A DNA stretch of 64,000 nt from a virus (lineage: Duplodnaviria; Caudoviricetes), in the IMG/VR virus record IMGVR_UViG_3300025713_000650, positions 1-64,000 of that record; one strand, written 5' to 3'. This document shows, piece after piece, positions 49,881 to 57,898 of the stretch. The notes under the pieces are model-generated. The model was given only the letters and a program-made list of their open reading frames with translations. It did not search any database and had not been told where the DNA came from. The translations under genes were made by a program, and so were the position numbers. Each line of letters begins with the position of its first letter. Position 1 is the stretch's first letter.

Positions 49881-50003
49881 GAGTGAGAATAGCCATAAGA
49901 TATCCCGATGATATCTCATTTCGCTTCCCCTCACTCACGGGGCGAACATCTCTACGTTTATGAAAGAGGAGGAAATACTAAACGTAGATAGGGCTGGGGC
50001 TTC
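49881..50003 (-). ncRNA. pseudoknotted multi-stem RNA, copy A
   Basis: Three hairpins plus a loop-tail pseudoknot; covaries with copy B; motif A upstream. Confidence 0.7.
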
Positions 50004-50033
50004 TTTAAAAGAGATATTTATCTTATATATTTA

Positions 50034-50054
50034 TTCAAATATTAATATATATAG
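50034..50054 (-). promoter_or_regulatory. promoter-like motif A
   Basis: CTATATATATTAATATTTGAA. Confidence 0.6.
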
Positions 50055-50056
50055 AC

Positions 50057-50986
50057 TCAATTCTTTATAAATGACTGTAAATTATTATAAAAATTTGAAA
50101 TAATATTCCAATTTTTTAATTCAGGAACTTTATTATAATTAATTATATAATAATTAATTTTCTCAATTAGCTCCTTACTTGTATTATAAATATATTCTTT
50201 TGGTAATAATTCAGGATAAGAACATCGGTTAGGAGCTAAAACAATAGTATTATTTAAAATAGCTTCAAGTATACTATAATTAAATGTATCTTCTTTACCT
50301 GTTATCAATAATATTTTACCTTGTGATAGAAATTTATAATATTCTAACCACGAATTATTATTATTATTTCTTTTTATTTTTCCAAATATTTTTTCAACTT
50401 TTTTTTCAACTGATCTTGTTATTTTTTGTTTACAAGGTCTAGCTACAGATATAATATCAAATATTTTTTTTTCATTGAATGATGGATAAGGTGGAATAGG
50501 TAAACCAATAACCTCAATATTTTTCCATCCTAATTTGTTTGCATGATATTCAGATCCAACAAATATTTTATCAAATAATTTTGATTGTCCTGTTTCAACA
50601 AGCCATTTAGATTCTCTATCCATTTCAAAATAATCTAATTTATTTTTTGATGTTCCATGAACATATGCAAACATTTTTCTTGTTTTCTTATGATGTAATA
50701 TATTTGAAAATAATCCAGGGAATGATAAATCATTTAAATATAAATAATCTATGTCTTTTGTATCTAAATCCATAAATTGTTTTATTTGAGAAAGTTCAAA
50801 ATCTATAGCTGAATTTATTGGAGAAAACATCTCATCTGTTTTGTCACTTAAAATATCTTGTTTTAATTCACCTAATGTAATTACATTTTTAAATTTTCTT
50901 TCAAAAAAATTTTTGATACTAGAATAATGCCATTGTTGGTATCTCATTTTTGTTGGAAATTGCGGTACATAAATTATTTTAGACAT
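50057..50986 (-). CDS. glycosyltransferase (GT-B-like)
   Basis: EDTFNYSILEA...LAPNRCSYPE; start MSKIIY after GGAG. Confidence 0.75.
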   Translation of the reverse strand: MSKIIYVPQFPTKMRYQQWHYSSIKNFFERKFKNVITLGELKQDILSDKTDEMFSPINSAIDFELSQIKQFMDLDTKDIDYLYLNDLSFPGLFSNILHHKKTRKMFAYVHGTSKNKLDYFEMDRESKWLVETGQSKLFDKIFVGSEYHANKLGWKNIEVIGLPIPPYPSFNEKKIFDIISVARPCKQKITRSVEKKVEKIFGKIKRNNNNNSWLEYYKFLSQGKILLITGKEDTFNYSILEAILNNTIVLAPNRCSYPELLPKEYIYNTSKELIEKINYYIINYNKVPELKNWNIISNFYNNLQSFIKN

Positions 50987-51018
50987 TTTTTCTCCATTTA
51001 AAAAATTGTAAAGCAAAA

Positions 51019-51125
51019 AAGTGAGAATGTCTGTTTTACATAATTTACGTAAAACATCCACTTACCCTCACTTACGGTGTGGAATATTCTTAATTATAAG
51101 AAATTTACAATTAAGAATACGATCC
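51019..51125 (-). ncRNA. pseudoknotted multi-stem RNA, copy B
   Basis: Same architecture as 49881-50003. Confidence 0.7.
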
Positions 51126-51174
51126 TAAAGTTGTAACAACGCATGAGTACATCAATATTTTTAAATATGTCTAT

Positions 51175-51639
51175 TTAAATTAACCATTTACATCTACCTT
51201 CAAATAAGATAAATGTTTTATCATATTCCCATAGTTTATTCTGTAAAGGATATATTTGATTCAAAAGAAATTCTTTATTATCTGGATTTTTAACCTTATG
51301 AATATATGGGGCTTTCATATTAATTGAATAAAATATTACATTATATCCACTTCTTAAAAATGATTCTCCTATTGCACCAATTTGTCTATGATCTGGATGA
51401 GTTTCATAAACAGGATCAGGAAAATAATAAGTATATTTTTTTTCAAAAGTTGAGAATGAATAATCAAATAATTGATCTTTAATATTAGGCAATAAACTTT
51501 TTAAATTTTTCGCTTCATCTATCCTATTCATATTTTCAGGATGAGTATAATATATTATAAATTCTTCATCTGGGTTACAAATTAATTCAAAACATCCAAT
51601 TATTTCATCATCACAATGGGGAGCATAAATAATATTCAT
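51175..51639 (-). CDS. PIG-L/LmbE family deacetylase
   Basis: APHCDDEIIG and HPDH motifs. Confidence 0.8.
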   Translation of the reverse strand: MNIIYAPHCDDEIIGCFELICNPDEEFIIYYTHPENMNRIDEAKNLKSLLPNIKDQLFDYSFSTFEKKYTYYFPDPVYETHPDHRQIGAIGESFLRSGYNVIFYSINMKAPYIHKVKNPDNKEFLLNQIYPLQNKLWEYDKTFILFEGRCKWLI

Positions 51640-51662
51640 TATTCCTCCTCTCTTATTTTTTT

Positions 51663-52076
51663 CTAAAGTAATTTTAAATAACCTGTTAATCTATCAATTT
51701 TTTCCGAGTAGTCCGGACCCAACGCAATACATGTATTTGTCGGAATACCATAGAATTCTGTTAATCCCGAATCTGTAATTAAACTACATATTATATTATT
51801 TTGTTTTGCTAATTCGTAAATCTCTAATAATTCTTTTTCACTATTAACGTAAACACAAATTTTTGTAAAAATTCCATTTAACCATTTTTCTAAAGGTGTA
51901 TTCTCTTCAGCTGATATTATCCATTGATATTCATAAGAATCTGAATTTTTTTCTTGTTTTTTAATACAATTTTCAAGTAACGATTTTAAACATGCATGAC
52001 AACCTTGAGCTATCATTTTTCCTTTACGCATGTTAAGATCTTTACGAATGACAATAACCTGTTTAATATTATTCAT
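51663..52076 (-). CDS. pth2: peptidyl-tRNA hydrolase type 2
   Basis: KQVIVIRKDLNMRKGKMIAQGCHA, DSGLTEF, ALGP. Confidence 0.92.
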   Translation of the reverse strand: MNNIKQVIVIRKDLNMRKGKMIAQGCHACLKSLLENCIKKQEKNSDSYEYQWIISAEENTPLEKWLNGIFTKICVYVNSEKELLEIYELAKQNNIICSLITDSGLTEFYGIPTNTCIALGPDYSEKIDRLTGYLKLL

Positions 52077-52102
52077 GTGTATTACCTGTAAATTTCTTTT
52101 AA

Positions 52103-53687
52103 CTAAATTACCGAGAAGTCCTCCACTTCTAAGCGTAAGCGAAAGTGGAGGATGAATCGGTTATCCAATTGTTGTTTCTACACGCCAATCGAATTTTTTC
52201 TGTGCTAATTTGCTTATATTTAGATGTTGTTTGTAAATAATTACCTTGTATATCTTGCACATATACCCAATTACCAGTGAATCCCGATATAAAACCAATC
52301 TTATTTATTTCTGGTATATACACTTTATCCCACAAGCACCACTTCTTTTCTTTTACAATTATTTCTTTTGTATTTTTGCTATTTCTTTTTGCTTTCCTAT
52401 TAGGTTCTTTTCTACCTTTACGCGGTATTTCTTCATGTAAACTACGTTTCTTTTTACGTACCTGCTTTATATAATATATATTATCGCTATACTTCATTGG
52501 TTTTATATTTGCAATTACTACTGCATCGTTTATATGCGACTTTTCTATATTCCACTCTTTACGTTTTCTGCGTGTGTATAGTCCAAAAGTATATTGCGTT
52601 GGTGTTATTTCTTGTAGTTTAGGTACAAGATAATCTTTTAGTACATTCATAAATGCCGTTTCCTGAAATTGCTTTATCTTAGGTAGATTTTTACCTGTAA
52701 ATTCTTTGTATTCCATGTTGTCTTTTGCTTTATTATGCGCTTCACAACTACATACTAAATTGCTTGGATTATTGCTACCACCCTTGCTTCTTGGTATAAT
52801 ATGGTCTACTTCAAGAATATCATTGCAAGGTATGTCTGGTCTTAATTTTGCATAATGACAAGTAAAATTATCTCTTATTTTTACATATTCTTTTACGCTA
52901 TCATATCCATACATTTCTCCCTGTTGATATTCTATACCATTAATATCTGGATTAACTAATGCCTGTGTATCAAATTGCCCTATTTCTACTCTTATTCTGC
53001 TTATTGGTAGAATTTTTACAATATCATTTACAAGTCTTATATGAGCATTAATCCTTGATTGTATACTTGGCGGTAACCATCCTTTTTTTCTTTTTCTATT
53101 TAAGAACCTTGCTTTTCTATACCTTGTTTTTCTATTACGTCTTGCATGTCGAAGTCGTCTCCTTGTATGAATATTCTCTTTTATGTCTTGTCTTAATTCT
53201 GCTTCGGCACGATAAAGCACATTACCTTGTTCCGTTGTAACTGCCACACCTATATGTTTGCTTCCTGCGTCAATACCTAATACACATTCTTGTATTTGAT
53301 TTTCACACTCAAATAATAATTGAATTGTAAATGGTTCATATTTTACTATTTTAGCCTTCTTGTTTTTCAGCAATTTTCTTGCCTTAGCAGGCTTGCAAGG
53401 CATTAAAGGCTTACCTTCTATTGAAACTACATATACTAACATTTTGGCTTTACGCCCTCCTTTTTGGAGTTATTTGCCCATCCCCAATGTTGGAATAACT
53501 TTGCAGTATAACTGCCAATTGTGGTTGACCGTTCCTACCCATCAGAACTTTTACAGAGCCACCTTAGAGCCTGAAACTTGGGCATCATTTCAGGGTAAGA
53601 TAATTATTCCAACGTAGTCAGTTAAGACTTAGGGTAGTCAACTAAGGCTTTTACAAGCCTCCGTTTCTATAAACGGGGGTAGTTGAC
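52103..53687 (-). mobile_element. non-autonomous IS200/IS605 element carrying IscB and omegaRNA
   Basis: GTCAACTACCCC end with hairpin; terminal hairpin TCCTCCACTT..AAGTGGAGGA; no tnpA. Confidence 0.85.
52129..53442 (-). CDS. iscB: IscB RNA-guided endonuclease
   Basis: PLMP, RuvC-I GIDAG, Arg-rich bridge helix RRRLRHARRNRKTRYR, RuvC-II E, HNH DHIIP..GG, RuvC-III HINDA. Confidence 0.95.
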   Translation of the reverse strand: MLVYVVSIEGKPLMPCKPAKARKLLKNKKAKIVKYEPFTIQLLFECENQIQECVLGIDAGSKHIGVAVTTEQGNVLYRAEAELRQDIKENIHTRRRLRHARRNRKTRYRKARFLNRKRKKGWLPPSIQSRINAHIRLVNDIVKILPISRIRVEIGQFDTQALVNPDINGIEYQQGEMYGYDSVKEYVKIRDNFTCHYAKLRPDIPCNDILEVDHIIPRSKGGSNNPSNLVCSCEAHNKAKDNMEYKEFTGKNLPKIKQFQETAFMNVLKDYLVPKLQEITPTQYTFGLYTRRKRKEWNIEKSHINDAVVIANIKPMKYSDNIYYIKQVRKKKRSLHEEIPRKGRKEPNRKAKRNSKNTKEIIVKEKKWCLWDKVYIPEINKIGFISGFTGNWVYVQDIQGNYLQTTSKYKQISTEKIRLACRNNNWITDSSSTFAYA

Positions 53688-53707
53688 ATATTCAGGTTTA
53701 ACCATTT
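53443..53707 (-). ncRNA. omegaRNA (HEARO-like) with 5' guide from the flank (about 53688-53707)
   Basis: Structured leader directly upstream of iscB beginning GTCAAC...GTTGAC...CTACGTT. Confidence 0.8.
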
Positions 53708-53757
53708 CTTTAACTGTTTGTTCAACTTGACCTTTATAATATAAATATACCTCCTTC

Positions 53758-54450
53758 TTAATATTCGATATCTTCAAATATTACAGGAATTTTTTCTTTT
53801 AATTCATCTAAAAAAGGTCTCATTATTTCTCTCATTTGAGGGTGAGCAGCAAAATCAGTTCTTAATTTTAAAATATGTCTCCATTCTCTAAGATTTGCAG
53901 AAACAACAATTTCTGTTTTTGTAGCGGTTGGTAATATATCTCTTGCTTTTTCAGCTGACCATCCACCTTTTATTAAATCAAGATAAGTAATTTCAATATT
54001 TAATAATTCTTTTAAATATTTAATCGTACATTCATCAACTTCAACATTTTTATTATTATAACATACATTATTTCGTATATCATAATAATATTCTCCATCT
54101 TCTAATTCGGGAAGCCATTCAGGAATAATAAATGTTAATTGATTTCCAAATTTATCTTTAGAATAATTTACGTAACGAGTACTTTCCTGTGAGTAACTTG
54201 CTAAACGATGTCTTACAATTTCATGACTAACACCACGATCAATAATAAAATTGACTGTAAATGAAAAATGTTCAATTACTGATTCATGTTTTCTAACATG
54301 AATTATTTTTCTTAAAAATTCTTTAGTTTGTTCAAAATTATTACTTAAATTAGATTTATAACAAGTTCTTGCACACATTTCAATTTTTTCTAAAATATAT
54401 ATAGGATCTAAATTATCAATAATTTTATAACTTGGTTTTATTAATTTCAC
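53758..54450 (-). CDS. thyX: flavin-dependent thymidylate synthase
   Basis: HESVIEH, RGVSHEIVRHRLASYSQESTRY, NLREWRH. Confidence 0.95.
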   Translation of the reverse strand: MKLIKPSYKIIDNLDPIYILEKIEMCARTCYKSNLSNNFEQTKEFLRKIIHVRKHESVIEHFSFTVNFIIDRGVSHEIVRHRLASYSQESTRYVNYSKDKFGNQLTFIIPEWLPELEDGEYYYDIRNNVCYNNKNVEVDECTIKYLKELLNIEITYLDLIKGGWSAEKARDILPTATKTEIVVSANLREWRHILKLRTDFAAHPQMREIMRPFLDELKEKIPVIFEDIEY

Positions 54451-54481
54451 GCTTACTCCTATTTAAACATTATTTTCTAAA

Positions 54482-54973
54482 TTAAATATGAGGTAACATA
54501 CCAATTATACCTGACCATTCTATACGACATGAAGTATGGTTCATAAAATCACCAAAAAAGTTTTCAATTGCACATTTATCTATATATAATAGAATTGCGA
54601 TTCCTTCTACACAATTCTTTTTCTTATCATTATAATATATTTGAATAGTTTCTGATAAAATACCTGTTATATTTCTCATCTGTTGAATATTATTGGATTC
54701 AATCATATAAGAACATGCATCAATTACACCATTAACTATGTGATCTAAATCAGATAAATCTTCATCACATATTAAACCTAAATATAAAGGCCATCCCTTT
54801 ATAATATTATATTTTCTTACTATCATTGGTGAATAATGTTTAGAAATTAAATTTGTATTAACATTATTATCATTTATTCCCATTCGATTATTATCTAATT
54901 TTCTATCTTCAATAAGTCCCTTAGCTATATTATAAGACTTTATAAATTCTTTATTATTTTCCATTATTTTCAT
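54482..54973 (-). CDS. hypothetical protein
   Basis: 163-aa ORF between queC and thyX. Confidence 0.6.
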   Translation of the reverse strand: MKIMENNKEFIKSYNIAKGLIEDRKLDNNRMGINDNNVNTNLISKHYSPMIVRKYNIIKGWPLYLGLICDEDLSDLDHIVNGVIDACSYMIESNNIQQMRNITGILSETIQIYYNDKKKNCVEGIAILLYIDKCAIENFFGDFMNHTSCRIEWSGIIGMLPHI

Positions 54974-54993
54974 TTTCCTTTCTTTTTTAATAT

Positions 54994-55563
54994 TTATTCT
55001 TCATATCCAGAGAACATTCTATCCTCTGTAATATTATATTCTTTTTTTAATAAATCCAAAATTGTTTCTTTTGTCAACCCCAATAATGGAGCTTCAATTT
55101 TAATTTGAGATGTACAAACTAAAGAAAACAATTCATTTATTTTAACAACATACTCTTGATAACAATCTGGAAATAAATTAATTCTATCTGAATAATCAGC
55201 ACCAAACCAAATCAATGGAATTTTATTTGTTTCAGCATATGCAGATGCAATCGTTAGAAAAAAAGTATTTCTCATTGGAACATAAAATTCATTTACTTTT
55301 TCATATAAATTATTTTCAAAATGTCCGGTTAATGCACTATTTGTTAATGCTGAATAAGTTTGAAAATTTGTATAAAGAATATGTGCATTTTCTTCATTTG
55401 CATATTTTTTAGCAAATTCTAATTCTTTAATATGTTTTTGACCGTAATCAATAAATAAAAGAATTGATTTATAACCTAAACTTTTACTTAATTGATGTAA
55501 AAGAATACTATCAGCACCACCACTAAATAATATTATAATATTATATTTTGATTCTTCTTCCAT
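54994..55563 (-). CDS. queC: QueC-like PP-loop protein (short; lacks the C-terminal Zn-Cys cluster)
   Basis: SGGADS, DYGQKH..EL, YVPMRN.FFL, FPDC, APL..LTK. Confidence 0.8.
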   Translation of the reverse strand: MEEESKYNIIILFSGGADSILLHQLSKSLGYKSILLFIDYGQKHIKELEFAKKYANEENAHILYTNFQTYSALTNSALTGHFENNLYEKVNEFYVPMRNTFFLTIASAYAETNKIPLIWFGADYSDRINLFPDCYQEYVVKINELFSLVCTSQIKIEAPLLGLTKETILDLLKKEYNITEDRMFSGYEE

Positions 55564-55609
55564 ACTATTCTCCTTCGTTTCTTTTTTTAAAAAAAATAAA
55601 GTTTAAAAA

Positions 55610-55641
55610 TGGAGGAGGTATTATTTCTAATACCTCCTCCT
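55610..55641 (-). terminator. intrinsic terminator after the Ubl gene
   Basis: GGAGGAGGTATTA..TAATACCTCCTCC followed by a T-run on the minus strand. Confidence 0.75.
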
Positions 55642-55679
55642 AAAAATGAAAGGGGAATTATTGGAAATTTAAATTAATT

Positions 55680-56132
55680 TTATCCTTTGCTACCAGAAGG
55701 CATTATGAACTCAAGATTGTCATACTGTCCGAGAATATAATCCTCAGAAACCTCACGACCATTCACAATTGCCTTTGAAGAAGGAGCAATGTTGAGAACT
55801 TCTGTAAAGAATGCTGCAACTTCACATACCTTCTTACCCACAACGGGATAGTTACCAGAACTAGCACCACTCGAAACTGTAATCATTGCTTCATTGTAAC
55901 CAGCATCATTCTTAGAATGGAAGGTTGTATTCAGATTGGTGATCTTTGAATCATTCGCGGGTTTTACCTCTTCTTTGAGATTTGATTGTGCTTGATCCTT
56001 CTGTGCTTTGATAATTGCAGAAATCATGTTATCCTTAACTTCCTTGACCTTGAATGAGATTCCAAAAGATTGTGCAATTACTCTGAGTTCAGCCTTCGTC
56101 ATTTCTTCCAATTCACGAACTGTGTAATTCAT
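55680..56132 (-). CDS. ubiquitin-like protein with N-terminal Rho-N/HeH-like domain
   Basis: ELEEMTKAELRVIA...KDNMISAI (HeH); beta-grasp-like C-terminus AIVNG..V..DY.L...D.LEF...GSKG; start after AGGAGG. Confidence 0.75.
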   Translation of the reverse strand: MNYTVRELEEMTKAELRVIAQSFGISFKVKEVKDNMISAIIKAQKDQAQSNLKEEVKPANDSKITNLNTTFHSKNDAGYNEAMITVSSGASSGNYPVVGKKVCEVAAFFTEVLNIAPSSKAIVNGREVSEDYILGQYDNLEFIMPSGSKG

Positions 56133-56154
56133 ACTTCCTCCTTGCTTCATTTTT

Positions 56155-56862
56155 TTAGTTTTCTTTAGGATGACGTACTTTTGAATCTGCTTTCATTTTT
56201 AAAATATCAAAATATATCTCACTAATTTCTATTGTATCGTTTTTATCATGATAATAAAATGGCCACATCATTAAATTTGCAACCGTTGAATTTGTAAATA
56301 ATAACTGTGGTTCATGTACAGATAATTCTTCACAAGACATTTCATGAGGACTTTTATCTTCTGGATTTTCGATTTCTGGATGATAATCTGTAAGAGAAGG
56401 TGTAATATCTATTCCATTTTTTCTGAAATAAATTTGAACGTTTCCGTCAATATATTCATTACCACCAGAAATTAATAATATATTATCTAATGTCTTACAA
56501 TAATCAGACACTATTTTACGAGTTTTATGATTATCTACACACATAAAAATCACATTAATATTTTTAAGAACAGAATTAATATTTGATTTATTAATATATG
56601 CTTGGCAAAAGTTAAAATCTATAATATTAAATTTTCTAGATAATTCTTTAAATTTTTCTTCTGCTTTACCACCAAATGATTGAAATTCTTGACGATCTAG
56701 ATTGTGAGATTCATATTCATCACCATCTATTAATAAAATAGAACTTTTACATGTCTTTGTAAAATTTAAAAATCTACATAAAATATTAATTAAATTTGTT
56801 CCTATACCACCTAAACCAATTACTGCAATTTTATAGTTTTTCAATAATATCCCCCTTTCCAT
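56155..56862 (-). CDS. ThiF/E1-like activating enzyme
   Basis: GLGGIG, DGD.YE.HNLDRQ, CVDNHKTR, SGGNE, SCEE....PQL..TN. Confidence 0.9.
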   Translation of the reverse strand: MERGILLKNYKIAVIGLGGIGTNLINILCRFLNFTKTCKSSILLIDGDEYESHNLDRQEFQSFGGKAEEKFKELSRKFNIIDFNFCQAYINKSNINSVLKNINVIFMCVDNHKTRKIVSDYCKTLDNILLISGGNEYIDGNVQIYFRKNGIDITPSLTDYHPEIENPEDKSPHEMSCEELSVHEPQLLFTNSTVANLMMWPFYYHDKNDTIEISEIYFDILKMKADSKVRHPKEN

Positions 56863-57898
56863 ATTTTTTTTGAATATAGTTTCTCAACGCCAATGATTTA
56901 AAATACGAACATTTTGTAATACAAATACCTTTATATTTACAATCTTTGCATATATGATCTTCTAAATAAGTTTTTTCAGAATCTTCAATTGAATTATAAA
57001 CTTGCATAAATGATTTACCGTTTAATTCTTCACTTTCAATTTTTGAAAGATATTTTTCACGAATTGAATTAATCATTAAATTATTTTTATTTTTTGATTC
57101 TATAATATTTTCATTCTTTGTTATCACTTTTTTATTTTCTGAATAATTTTCTGAAATATCACCCATATATCCATATCCATAAAATGGAAAAACATCATCA
57201 TAAAACCCATAACCATAGAATTGTTCACAATCTTTACTATTTATCATTTCATTGTAATTTATCATATCTAACCAATAAATAGGAAACTTTTTTGGAGCAA
57301 TAAAGAATTTTTTATTTGCTTTTGCTTTTATATTAATATATTCTGATGGGTTCTTTTTAATTCTATGACCATTACAAACAACAGAACAAACAACTTCATG
57401 ATAATAGTCATCATTTAACTTACCTACTGTTATATGAAGTCCATCCATTGTTTTTTCATCACTAATATCTACACCTGAATGAAATGCTCCAAAATCAGAA
57501 TGACTATGAATTGTTCCAACTAATAATTTATCTGTAAATGAGATATTTCTTTCATATTTTATACTTGCTCTTGTAACTTCTTGTTCAGGTACATGAATAT
57601 AATATTCTCTTGTTTGACGATCCAAATATAACATAACAACTGATTCTGTTTTATATTTTTCAAATACTGTTTTAAGAAATGATACAATTTTTGAAAATAA
57701 TGAATAACTTATTTTTGGTAAATCCAAATTGATATACGGTTTCTTATTTTCTAAAAATGAAATTTTATCAACTGGAACTAATGCATCAATTAAACCTACT
57801 TTTTTTCTTAATAATATTCCTTTTTTTGTTATGATATAATAAATATCATCATTGGGTAAAGGTTGTTTTTTATCATATAGAGCTATGACTTTAAACAT
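56831..57898 (-). CDS. JAB/MPN+ metallopeptidase (PRTRC protein A-like)
   Basis: E...PEQEV...GTIHSHSDFGAFHSGVDISDE. Confidence 0.85.
   Translation of the reverse strand: MFKVIALYDKKQPLPNDDIYYIITKKGILLRKKVGLIDALVPVDKISFLENKKPYINLDLPKISYSLFSKIVSFLKTVFEKYKTESVVMLYLDRQTREYYIHVPEQEVTRASIKYERNISFTDKLLVGTIHSHSDFGAFHSGVDISDEKTMDGLHITVGKLNDDYYHEVVCSVVCNGHRIKKNPSEYINIKAKANKKFFIAPKKFPIYWLDMINYNEMINSKDCEQFYGYGFYDDVFPFYGYGYMGDISENYSENKKVITKNENIIESKNKNNLMINSIREKYLSKIESEELNGKSFMQVYNSIEDSEKTYLEDHICKDCKYKGICITKCSYFKSLALRNYIQKKYGKGDIIEKL

Noticed and set aside
51019-51061. N-terminal extension of the glycosyltransferase from 51061
   Set aside because: It overlaps RNA copy B; a better RBS and ATG lie at 50986.
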